Part shown: positions 19,122 to 29,099 of the stretch, piece after piece | How the letters are laid out: every line of letters begins with the position of its first letter | Numbering within the stretch: the stretch's first letter is position 1 | From: Candidatus Gottesmanbacteria bacterium | GTDB taxonomy: Bacteria > Patescibacteriota > Microgenomatia > JAMCYU01 | NCBI GenBank assembly: GCA_043801155.1 | Contig: JAZDMI010000021.1 | Location: forward strand, 2,683 to 66,682 | Reading direction: 5' to 3' | Length of the DNA stretch: 64,000 nt | Made by a program: the position numbers and the translations under genes | The notes under the pieces: generated by a model | The model's input: the letters and a program-made list of their open reading frames with translations, nothing else | Told to the model about the DNA's origin: nothing | Database searches by the model: none

Positions 19122-21263
19122 ATGGCACAACAAGCACCAGAACTAATTGTTACTAAAAAAAGAAACGTTCCTTTAAATATGGTTCGTAATATCGGGATTA
19201 TTGCCCATATTGATGCCGGTAAAACGACCACGACCGAACGTTTTCTCTATTATACCGGCAGAACATATAAAATCGGCGATATTGACGAGGGAACGACAGT
19301 TATGGATTGGATGGATCAGGAACGTGAACGGGGTATTACGATTACTTCAGCCGCGACGACTGCATTTTGGCCGCCGATTGAAAAGGCCAGTAAAGAAGAA
19401 AATCAATATAGAATTAATATTATTGATACTCCGGGTCATGTGGATTTTACCGCCGAAGTTGAAAGAAGCCTGCGGGTTTTAGACGGCGGAGTTGTTGTTC
19501 TGGATGCCGAAGAAGGAGTGCAATCCCAATCGGAAACAGTCTGGCACCAAGCCGATAAATATAACGTGCCGCGGATATGTTTTATTAACAAAATGGATAA
19601 AGTCGGCGCTGACTATCAACGGACCGTTAAAATGATTGAAGATAGATTAGGCGTAAAAACTGCGGTTATGAATTTACCGATCGGCCGCGAATCAAGTTTC
19701 AAAGGTGTAGTTGACCTATTAACAAAACAAACTTATATCTGGGGATCGGATGAAATAGGCGCCAGCTTTGATACCAGTGATGAAATTCCCGCTGACCTAA
19801 AAGACGAGGTGGAAACAGCTCGTTATAAGCTGATTGAAAAGATCAGTGAAACTGATGATATTCTTTTAGATAAGTATCTTAACGGCCAGGAACCAACAAT
19901 TGCAGAATTAAAGGGAGCGTTGCGACGGGCAACTATTGCCTATAAATTGGTACCGATTTATTGCGGTTCATCGCTAAGGAATAAAGGTGTGCAACCGCTT
20001 TTGGATGCCGTGGTTGATTATTTACCTTCGCCGGTTGATTTGCCTGAGGTTGTTGGTTTTAATCCGCAGACTGGAGACAAAGAATTACGCAAGGCTGATA
20101 GTAATTCTCCCTTTGCTGCTTTAGCTTTTAAAATTCAAATTGATCCCCATGTAGGTAAACTGACCTATGCGAGAATCTATTCCGGGACCTTAAAAGCCGG
20201 TTCTTATATTCAAAATTCAGCTAAGGACAATCAGGAACGTGCCGGACGATTACTTTTAATGCATGCCGATCATCGGGAAGAAATTGACCAGGCTTTTGCC
20301 GGAGAAATCGTGGCGATTGTTGGTCTCAAAGATACGACTACCGGTGATACGCTCTGCGACGTTGCTAATCCAATAGTTCTTGAAAAAATTACTTTTCCGG
20401 ATCCGGTTATTTCACTAGCGATTGAACCAAAGACTAAAGCCGATCAGGAAAAAATGAGTTATGCTCTGCAAAGATTAGCTGAAGAAGACCCAACTTTTAA
20501 AATTAAATCTAATTTTGAAACCGGTCAAACAACTATTTGGGGAATGGGTGAGCTTCATTTGGAAATATTAGTTGATCGGATGTTTCGAGAATTTAAGGTG
20601 GGGGCCAATGTCGGAGCACCCCAGGTTGCTTACAAAGAAACAATTAAAGGCCAAGCCCAGGCTGAAGGAAAATATATCCGTCAGTCAGGCGGTCGTGGAC
20701 AATACGGACATTGTTATCTGCGGATTGAACCAAAGAATCGCGGCGAAGGTTATGAGTGGGTTAATGCGATTAAAGGCGCAGCGATTCCGAATGAATTTAT
20801 TCCGGCAGTCCAAAAGGGTGTTAAGGAGGCAATGGATAACGGAGTAATTGCCGGATATCCCCTGGTTGATATGAAAGTTACTTTATATGACGGTAGTTAT
20901 CATGAAGTTGATTCTTCCGAAGTAGCCTTTAAGATTGCTGGTTCAATGGCTCTGCAGTCTGCTGTTAAGCAAGCCCAGCCGACGCTGCTTGAGCCGATTA
21001 TGAAAGTTGAGGTGACGACTCCGGAAGAATTTATGGGTGACATTATCGGCGATATCTCGGCCAAGCGGGGACAAATATCAGGATCAGAGACACGCGGTCC
21101 AGTTAGAATTATTACCTGCTTGGTGCCGTTGGCAGAACTGGCCGGATATGCAACTACGTTACGAAGTATGAGTCAGGGGCGGGCAAATTATTATATGGAA
21201 CCGTCTCACTACGAAGAAGTACCAAAGAACATTCAGGAGAAAATAATATCTTCCCAAAGCTAA
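19122..21263 (+). CDS. fusA: elongation factor G
   Basis: [21 protein letters not shown] and full-length EF-G homology. Confidence 0.97.
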   Translation: MAQQAPELIVTKKRNVPLNMVRNIGIIAHIDAGKTTTTERFLYYTGRTYKIGDIDEGTTVMDWMDQERERGITITSAATTAFWPPIEKASKEENQYRINIIDTPGHVDFTAEVERSLRVLDGGVVVLDAEEGVQSQSETVWHQADKYNVPRICFINKMDKVGADYQRTVKMIEDRLGVKTAVMNLPIGRESSFKGVVDLLTKQTYIWGSDEIGASFDTSDEIPADLKDEVETARYKLIEKISETDDILLDKYLNGQEPTIAELKGALRRATIAYKLVPIYCGSSLRNKGVQPLLDAVVDYLPSPVDLPEVVGFNPQTGDKELRKADSNSPFAALAFKIQIDPHVGKLTYARIYSGTLKAGSYIQNSAKDNQERAGRLLLMHADHREEIDQAFAGEIVAIVGLKDTTTGDTLCDVANPIVLEKITFPDPVISLAIEPKTKADQEKMSYALQRLAEEDPTFKIKSNFETGQTTIWGMGELHLEILVDRMFREFKVGANVGAPQVAYKETIKGQAQAEGKYIRQSGGRGQYGHCYLRIEPKNRGEGYEWVNAIKGAAIPNEFIPAVQKGVKEAMDNGVIAGYPLVDMKVTLYDGSYHEVDSSEVAFKIAGSMALQSAVKQAQPTLLEPIMKVEVTTPEEFMGDIIGDISAKRGQISGSETRGPVRIITCLVPLAELAGYATTLRSMSQGRANYYMEPSHYEEVPKNIQEKIISSQS

Positions 21264-21277
21264 AGCTTTGGGTTTTA
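21253..21277 (+). terminator. hairpin CCCAAAGC-TAAA-GCTTTGGG plus TTTT overlapping the fusA stop codon
   Basis: Perfect 8-bp palindrome with the stop codon in the loop. Confidence 0.5.
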
Positions 21278-21354
21278 CCTTTAAAGGAAGATATTTAAAA
21301 TGCTTCAATTCATCCGCGCAATGAATTGCACGGTATTCTTGAAGCATTATATAA

Positions 21355-21383
21355 TTGCAAAACAAGCCTAATTGTGGTATAAA
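21355..21383 (+). promoter_or_regulatory. tuf promoter TTGCAA-17-TATAAA, preceded by a large inverted repeat (ATGCTTCAA...TTGAAGCAT, 21300-21347)
   Basis: Hexamers and spacer read directly. Confidence 0.5.
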
Positions 21384-21460
21384 CTAAATACTAATAATAA
21401 ATTTTATATTAAAAAACGCCCGCCTTCGCATCAAGCTTCGGCGAGGTAAGAAAGGAATAT

Positions 21461-22654
21461 ATGGCAGATGAAGCCAAGAAAAAATACGAGAGGAGTAAAC
21501 CTCATCTTAATATCGGAACTATTGGACATGTTGACCACGGTAAAACTACTTTAACCGCGGCCATTACTCAAGTTTTGGCAAAAAAAGGTTTTTCCAAAGC
21601 TTTGAAGTATGATGAAATTGATAACGCTCCGGAGGAAAAAGCCCGGGGATTGACGATTGCTATTTCTCATGTTGAGTATGAAACGGAAAAACGCCACTAT
21701 GCTCATATTGATTGTCCGGGACACGCCGATTATGTTAAAAACATGATTACCGGCGCCGCCCAGATGGATGGAGCCATATTAGTTGTCTCCGCTCCGGATG
21801 GACCGATGCCGCAAACCAGAGAACATGTACTTTTAGCCAGACAAGTTAATATTCCGGCGATGGTGGTATTTTTAAATAAAGTTGATATGGTTTCGGATCC
21901 GGAACTTCTTGATCTGGTCGAAATGGAAATCCGCGAGTTGTTAAAGAAATACAAATTTGACGGAGATAAAGTACCCATCATCCGCGGTTCAGCCCTAAAA
22001 GCCCTTGACGGAGACGCCAAGGCTGAAGAAGCAATCATGGAATTGATGAAAGCAGTTGATGAATATATTCCGACACCAACTCGAGACCTCGATAAACCAT
22101 TCTTAATGCCAATTGAAGACGTATTCTCAATCAAAGGCCGAGGAACGGTTGTTACCGGCCGGGTTGACCGGGGAAAGGTCAAAGTCAACGAGGAGCTAGA
22201 GATTGTTGGTATTAAAGCCACGACCAAAACAGTGGTTACCGGTGTTGAAATGTTTAGAAAAACTCTTGATGAGGGACAAGCCGGAGACAATATCGGAGTT
22301 TTGCTTCGGGGTGTTGAAAAAGACGATGTCGAGCGAGGCCAAGTCTTGGCCAAGCCGGGATCAATTACTCCTCATACAGAATTTGAGGCCGAAGTTTATG
22401 TTTTAACCAAGGATGAGGGAGGCCGTCATACGCCTTTCTTTACCGGTTATCGGCCGCAATTTTATCTCAGGACAACTGATGTTACCGGTGAAGTAACCTT
22501 ACCCAAGGGTGTGGAAATGGTTATGCCCGGTGACAATACCAAGATGATGATTAAACTGATTGTACCGGTAGCAATTGAAGAGGGTTTACGATTTGCTATT
22601 CGTGAAGGTGGTCATACCGTCGGCGCCGGAGCAGTTAGTAAGATTATTGCCTAA
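21461..22654 (+). CDS. tuf: elongation factor Tu
   Basis: [22 protein letters not shown]. Confidence 0.98.
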   Translation: MADEAKKKYERSKPHLNIGTIGHVDHGKTTLTAAITQVLAKKGFSKALKYDEIDNAPEEKARGLTIAISHVEYETEKRHYAHIDCPGHADYVKNMITGAAQMDGAILVVSAPDGPMPQTREHVLLARQVNIPAMVVFLNKVDMVSDPELLDLVEMEIRELLKKYKFDGDKVPIIRGSALKALDGDAKAEEAIMELMKAVDEYIPTPTRDLDKPFLMPIEDVFSIKGRGTVVTGRVDRGKVKVNEELEIVGIKATTKTVVTGVEMFRKTLDEGQAGDNIGVLLRGVEKDDVERGQVLAKPGSITPHTEFEAEVYVLTKDEGGRHTPFFTGYRPQFYLRTTDVTGEVTLPKGVEMVMPGDNTKMMIKLIVPVAIEEGLRFAIREGGHTVGAGAVSKIIA

Positions 22655-22703
22655 TTAGATATTGATATTAGGAATTAGGAATTGGTAATTAAGAATTTAT
22701 TTT

Positions 22704-23012
22704 ATGCCAAAAGGCAGAATCCGTGTACGTTTAAAAGCTTATGACAGTCGGGTTTTAGATGCTTGCTGTCAGCAAATCCTTGATACGGCCGTACGGACCG
22801 GCGCTAAGGTCGTGGGTCCGATACCACTGCCAACAGACAAATCCCGTTATTCTGTTCCCAAATCCCCGTTTACCGACAAAGACAGCCGCGAAGATTTCCA
22901 AATAAGAACACATAAAAGATTAATTGATATCCTTGAGCCAACCGATAAAACCATTGATCAACTGGCCCACCTCGATCTACCTGCAGGAGTTGACATTGAA
23001 ATAAAGATGTAG
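22704..23012 (+). CDS. rpsJ: 30S ribosomal protein S10
   Basis: IRVRLKAYD...GPIPLPT. Confidence 0.95.
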   Translation: MPKGRIRVRLKAYDSRVLDACCQQILDTAVRTGAKVVGPIPLPTDKSRYSVPKSPFTDKDSREDFQIRTHKRLIDILEPTDKTIDQLAHLDLPAGVDIEIKM

Positions 23013-23313
23013 ATCCCCACACTAATTTCCTATGTTTTATGTATACATTTTAAAAAGCAAAAAAGATGGAAATTTATACACAGGATCAACCAATGATTTA
23101 AAACGCCGTATTGAAGAACATAATTCAGGTTTAGTTTATTCGACGAAAAACCGAAAGCCATTTAAGTTAATATACTATGAAGCATATAGTGATGAAAGTG
23201 ATGCTAGAAATAGAGAGCACAATTTAAAGTTAAGAGCAAAAGCCCTAGGTCAATTAAAAAGAAGGATAAAGGAAAGTCTATCTAAATAATATAAATATAA
23301 TTAGTGTGGGGAT
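23013..23313. mobile_element. compact cassette: perfect 15-bp inverted repeats ATCCCCACACTAATT (23013-23027) / AATTAGTGTGGGGAT (23299-23313) bracketing a GIY-YIG ORF
   Basis: Inverted repeats read directly; they begin 1 nt after the rpsJ stop. Confidence 0.5.
23032..23289 (+). CDS. stand-alone GIY-YIG nuclease-domain protein (YhbQ/UPF0213-like)
   Basis: MFYVYILKSKKDGNLYTGSTNDLKRRIEEHN matches the GIY-YIG core. Confidence 0.8.
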   Translation: MFYVYILKSKKDGNLYTGSTNDLKRRIEEHNSGLVYSTKNRKPFKLIYYEAYSDESDARNREHNLKLRAKALGQLKRRIKESLSK

Positions 23314-23315
23314 AA

Positions 23316-23663
23316 ATGTCTGATATACAAAAATTAACCCAGCAAATTCTAAAATTTCGCAATAAAAGGGATTGGAAGCATTTCCATTATCCTAAGGACA
23401 TGGCCATTTCTTTGGCACTGGAGGCGGCCGAGGTTCTGGAACATTTTCAATGGAAAACCCAGGAAGAAGTTGAAGCGTATCTGAAGACGCATAAAACTCA
23501 TATCGCTGACGAACTGGCCGATGTTTTGTGGTGGGTGCTATTAATGAATCATGATTTGAATATTGATGTGATGAGGGCTTTCGATAAAAAATTAAAAATC
23601 AACGAAGAAAAATATCCGGTTGATAAAGCCAAGGGTACACATAAAAAATATACCGAGTTGTAA
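23316..23663 (+). CDS. MazG-like nucleotide pyrophosphohydrolase
   Basis: EAAEVLEHFQWK...ELADVLWWVLL, the EExxE/D motifs of the MazG family. Confidence 0.7.
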   Translation: MSDIQKLTQQILKFRNKRDWKHFHYPKDMAISLALEAAEVLEHFQWKTQEEVEAYLKTHKTHIADELADVLWWVLLMNHDLNIDVMRAFDKKLKINEEKYPVDKAKGTHKKYTEL

Positions 23664-23761
23664 GATGATATCTTTTATTTCTCAATAAATACTCTGACTT
23701 TAACTTCAATATTTGACCTCGGTGTTAAAATAGTAATTATTAGAATTATTAGGAGGCATAT

Positions 23762-23956
23762 ATGAGATATGAAAATAATTGTATGCATCCTGCCATTGTT
23801 TATATTCCGGATCTTAGGCCAGGGTCATATGATGCTAATGGTTTAATGGTTGGGTCACTGAAACATATTCCAAAAGAAAAAATTCAAAAGACAGATGTTT
23901 CAGCTAAATATAGACGAATAGGGCCTCCGATTCGTATTGTTGCCAAAGGGTATTAA
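23762..23956 (+). CDS. hypothetical protein (strong AGGAGG RBS)
   Basis: RBS aggagg 6 nt upstream; no known domain. Confidence 0.45.
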   Translation: MRYENNCMHPAIVYIPDLRPGSYDANGLMVGSLKHIPKEKIQKTDVSAKYRRIGPPIRIVAKGY

Positions 23957-23983
23957 ATTATTAATTTTCAATGTCGGCAACAT

Positions 23984-24358
23984 CTACTCTTTGTTTTTTT
24001 CTAATTCGTCTTTAATTTGCGGAGCGATATTATCCAAGAAAATCTGATCAACAAGTTCTTCGGTTATATGAGCTTCTCTTGGCCCAAAATGCTGCATAAA
24101 AACATGATGTTGCCCTATTTTATCCGGACTTAATTGTATTTGACAATAAGTATTGGGGAAGCTGCGGTGGATAAAATTACAAATGATTGTTCCACTTTTA
24201 AGCATAACTGTTTCCCATACAGAAATTTGATTTGGTTTCAAATCTTTATGTTTTGGAACTGGAATATCCTCTCCGACGAGCAGATAAACATCAGGCCAAT
24301 CTAAAGGATTGTACTCATTAAGAGAAATTGGTTGTCTTTCTTGTTTAGAGTTATTCAT
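23984..24358 (-). CDS. hypothetical protein
   Basis: 124-aa ORF directly following a truncated paralog gene start. Confidence 0.5.
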   Translation of the reverse strand: MNNSKQERQPISLNEYNPLDWPDVYLLVGEDIPVPKHKDLKPNQISVWETVMLKSGTIICNFIHRSFPNTYCQIQLSPDKIGQHHVFMQHFGPREAHITEELVDQIFLDNIAPQIKDELEKNKE

Positions 24359-24360
24359 AT

Positions 24361-24396
24361 TTAAACTTGTTCTCGAGCTTCAGGATTTATTGACAT
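24361..24396 (-). pseudogene. 11-codon remnant (MSINPEAREQV*) of a third copy of the 25620..25982 family, with its promoter/leader module retained upstream (24397-24450)
   Basis: Nucleotide similarity to the start of 25620..25982 (ATGGCAATAAATCCTGAAACTCTAGAACAA). A 4-nt deletion creates the TAA stop. Confidence 0.45.
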
Positions 24397-24550
24397 AAGA
24401 AAGATATTCTACACATTCAAGTTATAATATACAAATCCTGACTAATTCCCACATCGGTATTCTACCGAAACGGCTTTCCATATAAATGTGCCATTTCTGA
24501 GTGAGACACACTATGATAAAATGGGAACAATAACGGAAAGAAATTAACAC

Positions 24551-25057
24551 ATGTCTAAAACAAAAACAAATGAAATTGTTTATGCATTTATAGATAGCCA
24601 GAATCTCAATTTAGGAGTCAGGAGTCAAAATTGGATTTTAGATTTTGACCGTTTTCGTGTTTATTTAAAAGAAAAGTACGGAACAAAGAAAGCATTTTTG
24701 TTTATAGGTTATGTTGAAGGCAATCAAAGCTTATACACATATTTACAAAAATCCGATTATATATGCATATTTAAGCCTACGTTGGAACTTAATAAAAATA
24801 AAAAAGTAAGAATAAAAGGTAATGTTGATGCTGAATTAGTGCTTCATTCGATGATAGAGTATCCCAATTATGATAAGGCTATAGTTGTTTCCGGTGATGG
24901 AGACTTTCATTGTTTGGTGGAGTATTTAAAGGAGAAAAATAAGCTATTGAAAATAATTGTTCCAAATAGAAAATATTCTTCCCTGCTTAGAGAATTTAGT
25001 AACTATATAGTTAATATAGGGTTGATGCGAAGCAAGTTAGAATTGAGAAAGAAATGA
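24551..25057 (+). CDS. NYN-domain (LabA-like, PIN-related) protein
   Basis: VYAFIDSQNLNLG ... VVSGDGDF motifs typical of NYN/LabA. Confidence 0.65.
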   Translation: MSKTKTNEIVYAFIDSQNLNLGVRSQNWILDFDRFRVYLKEKYGTKKAFLFIGYVEGNQSLYTYLQKSDYICIFKPTLELNKNKKVRIKGNVDAELVLHSMIEYPNYDKAIVVSGDGDFHCLVEYLKEKNKLLKIIVPNRKYSSLLREFSNYIVNIGLMRSKLELRKK

Positions 25058-25059
25058 AA

Positions 25060-25112
25060 AGAGAGGCATTCCCTCGGGACGAAACCCTTTGGTAGTCCTC
25101 TCATCGTGATAA
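25060..25112 (+). terminator. GC-rich stem-loop after the NYN gene (GAGAGG...CCTCTC outer arms, GGG-ACGAAA-CCC inner hairpin), no U tract
   Basis: Seen directly. Confidence 0.35.
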
Positions 25113-25198
25113 AAACATTATACTAAATTTACCTCACTACTGTCAAATACTGTATAGTCTCAGAGGGAAAAAGCATTTTTCTACTTAATGTTTAAAGC

Positions 25199-25579
25199 TT
25201 ATAATTTGGGGAAAATTCCCGAGCTCATCACTTCAATAGCTCTAAGAATAGCTTCCCGGGATTCTTTAGTAGGTTGCACGTCGTCAATAATTGAATCATT
25301 TAGTTTGTATTTTGGCAATAATCTTCTGGCCGCGGCAATAAATTGTGTCTCGAATTCCATTGTCATTTCTCTATTAGGAACACTTTCGAAACCCGGAGAA
25401 TTAAGTATTTCCAGATATGTTTTTGCAGTTCTGACATTACCTTTCAGAGCATCTTGATCTAAAAGAAGCGTAGAACTTCCCCAAGGATCCCTTTCTAATA
25501 ACTTTTGGGCGACGACCCGATCATAAACTTCTGCACGTATATTTTTAAATGTTTCACTGGCATTTGACATAAGAGGCAC
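25199..25579 (-). CDS. hypothetical protein, paralog of 25620..25982
   Basis: Shared blocks LLLDQDALKGNV / LILDQFALIEHV, ILNSPGFE / ILNSSGYE, LLPKYKL / LIPKYGL. Confidence 0.55.
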   Translation of the reverse strand: MPLMSNASETFKNIRAEVYDRVVAQKLLERDPWGSSTLLLDQDALKGNVRTAKTYLEILNSPGFESVPNREMTMEFETQFIAAARRLLPKYKLNDSIIDDVQPTKESREAILRAIEVMSSGIFPKL

Positions 25580-25619
25580 ATTCTACCTTATTTAGGAAAA
25601 AAAGTATTCCCCTTTAAAT

Positions 25620-25982
25620 TTATTTTTGATTATTAGCTATATATAGAAAAACACCTGCCCGGCAAATTTGGTCTGGTTTGATTTTTTCTAAATAATCCGG
25701 CTTAAGTCCGTATTTTGGTATTAATCTCGAAACGGCATCAATTAAAGATGTCTCACGTTTTAAAAAATCTGCCCGATCAGGAAAGTTCTCATAGCCGGAT
25801 GAATTTAAAATTTCGATAATAGCTTTTGATACCATAACGTGTTCGATTAAGGCAAACTGGTCTAGGATAAGAGAACTTCTATTACAAGGATCCGGAACAA
25901 GGACTGATCTCGCCAGGTAAATATCAGTCATGATCTCAGGTGTTAAACCTAGTTGTTCTAGAGTTTCAGGATTTATTGCCAT
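25620..25982 (-). CDS. hypothetical protein, tandem paralog
   Basis: See above; own promoter/leader module (25983-26040) duplicated at 24397-24450. Confidence 0.55.
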   Translation of the reverse strand: MAINPETLEQLGLTPEIMTDIYLARSVLVPDPCNRSSLILDQFALIEHVMVSKAIIEILNSSGYENFPDRADFLKRETSLIDAVSRLIPKYGLKPDYLEKIKPDQICRAGVFLYIANNQK

Positions 25983-26151
25983 AAGAGAGATATTCTACAT
26001 ATTTGAGTTATAATATACAAATTCTGCCAAATTCCCATCTCTAAATTTATCTATGTCTCGGATAATAACTCATTAAAATGTATAGGCCAGCCACGTACAG
26101 TCGCCGAAATCCCGTTAATTAGACCCATATTACGGTTATATTAACGGTATA

Positions 26152-26183
26152 TTGACAAAATATCGTTAATATGTTAACATATT
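26152..26183 (+). promoter_or_regulatory. Fic promoter (TTGACA -35) overlapped by a perfect 16-bp palindrome AATATGTTAACATATT abutting the start codon; putative auto-operator. Further TTAACG/CGTTAA motifs lie upstream (26111-26150)
   Basis: Palindrome verified by reverse-complementing. Confidence 0.5.
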
Positions 26184-27056
26184 GTGATGAGATTAACGCG
26201 GTTACAGGTGATTTCTGAACTGTTTGCCCAGTACCAGACAAAAAAAATAAACAAAGAATCTCTTCTTTCTATGGTCGATGATGTGGAAATTGCAGAGAGG
26301 GTCTACAACTCCAATGCCATAGAAAACTCGACACTCACCTTGCCCGAAACGGAAAAAATCCTGCTTCAGCTTGAAGTGAATAGGCATATATCGCTTAGAG
26401 AAGTTTTTGAGGCAAAAAATTTAGCCCAAGTCTACAACTATATTAAAAATACTGCCCCTCAAAAACCACTTTCCCTAGATATGATTTTATTACTTCATAA
26501 AATCCTGCTTACCAATATCCGTGATGAAGTTGCAGGACAGTTTCGTACGGGAAACGAAATGGTGCGGGTAGGAAATCACATCGGCATACCCTCGGAATTT
26601 ATAAGTCAAAGGATTCAAGAAATGCTCGTTCAATATAATTCAGACATGGAAATTTCCTTTATTCATAAAATTGGCCGTTTACATGCGGAGTTTGAAAGTA
26701 TTCACCCTTTTATTGACGGAAATGGCAGGATCGGACGAGTTCTTAATAACTATTTACTTATCCGTGAAGGATTTCCTCCGATTATCGTTAGAAATAAAGA
26801 TAAAGAAACTTATTATGATGCCCTGCGTTCATATGACACTTCGCATAATTTTAAACCAATGATGCGCATAGTTGAGTTAGCTGTTTTAGAATCTTTTCAT
26901 AAACGTCTGGCTTACCTTGAGGGACAGCGGATAATTCCTCTTACTGAATATGCGGCTACTCAAAAAAGATCTTTCCATACTCTTTTAAATTCAAGCCGTC
27001 GTCAAACTATTCCTGCTTTTCGCGAGAAAGGCGTCTGGAAAATCGGAGTAAAATAG
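26184..27056 (+). CDS. Fic-domain protein (AMPylator / Fic-Doc family)
   Basis: Canonical Fic motif HPFIDGNGRIGR. Confidence 0.85.
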   Translation: MMRLTRLQVISELFAQYQTKKINKESLLSMVDDVEIAERVYNSNAIENSTLTLPETEKILLQLEVNRHISLREVFEAKNLAQVYNYIKNTAPQKPLSLDMILLLHKILLTNIRDEVAGQFRTGNEMVRVGNHIGIPSEFISQRIQEMLVQYNSDMEISFIHKIGRLHAEFESIHPFIDGNGRIGRVLNNYLLIREGFPPIIVRNKDKETYYDALRSYDTSHNFKPMMRIVELAVLESFHKRLAYLEGQRIIPLTEYAATQKRSFHTLLNSSRRQTIPAFREKGVWKIGVK

Positions 27057-27065
27057 GAGAAAATC

Positions 27066-27105
27066 AAAAAAGTCAAAAGAGAGGAAAGAGGAGAGAGAAA
27101 AATTT
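27066..27105 (+). repeat. purine-rich approx 40-nt leader repeat (AAAAAAGTCAAAAGAGAGGAAAGAGGAGAGAGAAAAATT), copy 1
   Basis: Direct repeat of 27583-27623; the pair flanks the GNAT gene. Confidence 0.6.
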
Positions 27106-27106
27106 A

Positions 27107-27577
27107 ATGAAAATAAATAAACAAATAAAAATCGAAAAACTTACCGAGAAGAGGTTTAATGAAGCGGTTAATTTGGTTTTGGTCGCCAACCTTGATACGC
27201 GGGAAGAAATTGAACATCACCTAAAACATCTGGATGCCCATTATATTGCCCTTGATAATGATAAAATTGTCGGAGTTATCGGTTGGTATCAGGATAATGT
27301 TCATTATGCCAATGAGGCTATGGGTGATAAATTTCCCGGAGAAGAGGCCTACTGGGTGGGATTTTTTACCACTGATAAAAATTACCGGAGGCAGGGAATT
27401 GGTTTTGCCCTGCTTCAAAAATTGGAGCAGGTAATAAAAGAAAAAGGAGAGGATAAAATTTGGGTATCCTCGGTGCCGGAAACAAAAGACTATTATCAAA
27501 GACAAGGATTTGAATTAGTTTTAATGGGATATATCAACGGCAACCAAAAATGTTTTATGGTTAAAAAACTTCAGTAA
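27107..27577 (+). CDS. GNAT-family N-acetyltransferase
   Basis: Acetyl-CoA binding motif RRQGIGFALL. Confidence 0.8.
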   Translation: MKINKQIKIEKLTEKRFNEAVNLVLVANLDTREEIEHHLKHLDAHYIALDNDKIVGVIGWYQDNVHYANEAMGDKFPGEEAYWVGFFTTDKNYRRQGIGFALLQKLEQVIKEKGEDKIWVSSVPETKDYYQRQGFELVLMGYINGNQKCFMVKKLQ

Positions 27578-27582
27578 AAATT

Positions 27583-27623
27583 AAAAAAGTCAGAAGAGAG
27601 AGGAAAGAAGAGAGAGGAAAATT
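27583..27623 (+). repeat. purine-rich leader repeat copy 2 (AAAAAAGTCAGAAGAGAGAGGAAAGAAGAGAGAGGAAAATT) immediately before hsdM
   Basis: About 85 percent identical to copy 1. Confidence 0.6.
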
Positions 27624-29099
27624 ATGTTTGAACAATCATTTAAAAATATTGATGATATTCTTCACCGGGATGCCGGATGCGCCACGGAATTAGATTATAT
27701 AGAACAAACTTCATGGATTCTATTCTTGAAATACCTTGATGATTTAGAGGAAACAAAAAGGAAAGAAGCGGTTTTAAAAAATAGACAATATGAATATATT
27801 ATTGCTCCTGAATTTCGCTGGAGCGCTTGGGCGGAACCAAAAACGAAAGATGGCAAATTAGATATGAATAAGGCGTTAACCGGAGACGATCTAAGAGACT
27901 TTGTAAATTTAAAACTTTTTCCATATCTTAAGAAATTTAAAATCGACAATAACGAGAATCAAACAACTATTGAATATAAAATTGGAGAAATTTTCAGTGA
28001 GCTAAAAAACAGGATTGAAAGCGGATACAGACTTCGTGAAATTCTTAACATTGTAGATACGATGCATTTTCGAACCGATAGCGATAAACACGAACTCTCA
28101 CATCTTTATGAAGCTAAAATTAAGAACATGGGAAATGCCGGACGAAACGGCGGAGAATATTACACTCCTCGTCCGCTTATTAAAACGATAGTTAAGGTGG
28201 TAATCCCAAAGATTGGCGATACTATATATGATGGAGCCTGCGGATCTGCCGGATTTCTAGTAGAGTCTTTTGATTATCTTAAACAAAGTAAAGAATTATC
28301 TACCTCAGAATCCGTAAAGCTACAAAATAATACTTTTTACGGTAAGGAAATAAAATCACTTGCATATATTATCGGTGTTATGAATATGATTCTTCATGGT
28401 ATTGAAGCGCCGAATATTCTCCATACAAATACGCTTGCTCAAAACATCAATGATATCGAGGAAAAAGATCGGGTTGACGTAATCCTTACGAATCCGCCAT
28501 TTGGTGCAGGAATAGGTCGGGAAATTCAGCAAAATTTTCCGATAAAAACCGGCGAGACGGCATATCTTTTCCTCCAACACTTTATCAAAATGCTCAAAGC
28601 CGGAGGAAAAGCCGGAGTGGTGATTAAAAATACTTTTCTTTCTAATACTGATAACGCATCCGCTTCGCTTCGTAAACGTCTTCTTGAGAGTTGTAATCTT
28701 CACACCGTGCTTGATTTGCCTGGCGGCGTCTTTACGGGAGCAGGTGTAAAAACCGTGGTATTGTTTTTTGAAAAAGGCTCGCCAACCAAAAAAGTATGGT
28801 TCTATCAGTTAAACCTTGACCGCAATCTAGGCAAAGGTAATCCCTTAAGCGAAGCGGATCTATCAGAATTCGTCGAACTGCAAAAAACCAAAGCAGGTAG
28901 CAAAAATTCTTGGAGCGTAGACATAAAAGATATTAATCAAACAACATTTGATTTATCGGTAAAGAATCCAAACAAAGGGAGAGAAGTAACCCTACGCGAA
29001 CCGAAAGAGATTTTGGAGGGAATGAGGAAGCTAGACAAGGAAAGTGAAAATACATTTAAGATTATTAAAAACATATTAAATACTGGAATAAATGAATAA
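27624..29099 (+). CDS. hsdM: type I restriction-modification system methyltransferase subunit
   Basis: N6-adenine MTase motifs: GEYYTPRP (motif I region), LTNPPFG (motif IV). Confidence 0.92.
   Translation: MFEQSFKNIDDILHRDAGCATELDYIEQTSWILFLKYLDDLEETKRKEAVLKNRQYEYIIAPEFRWSAWAEPKTKDGKLDMNKALTGDDLRDFVNLKLFPYLKKFKIDNNENQTTIEYKIGEIFSELKNRIESGYRLREILNIVDTMHFRTDSDKHELSHLYEAKIKNMGNAGRNGGEYYTPRPLIKTIVKVVIPKIGDTIYDGACGSAGFLVESFDYLKQSKELSTSESVKLQNNTFYGKEIKSLAYIIGVMNMILHGIEAPNILHTNTLAQNINDIEEKDRVDVILTNPPFGAGIGREIQQNFPIKTGETAYLFLQHFIKMLKAGGKAGVVIKNTFLSNTDNASASLRKRLLESCNLHTVLDLPGGVFTGAGVKTVVLFFEKGSPTKKVWFYQLNLDRNLGKGNPLSEADLSEFVELQKTKAGSKNSWSVDIKDINQTTFDLSVKNPNKGREVTLREPKEILEGMRKLDKESENTFKIIKNILNTGINE

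Noticed and set aside
21730-22353. 207-aa minus-strand ORF inside tuf, and similar antisense or alternative-frame ORFs inside rpoB, rpoC, fusA, hsdM, hsdR, the RuBisCO gene etc. (e.g. 1475..1717, 8823..9065, 10736..11134, 19201..19482, 20572..20847, 28356..28703, 33000..33428)
   Set aside because: They fully overlap strongly supported conserved genes and have low-complexity composition; they are spurious.
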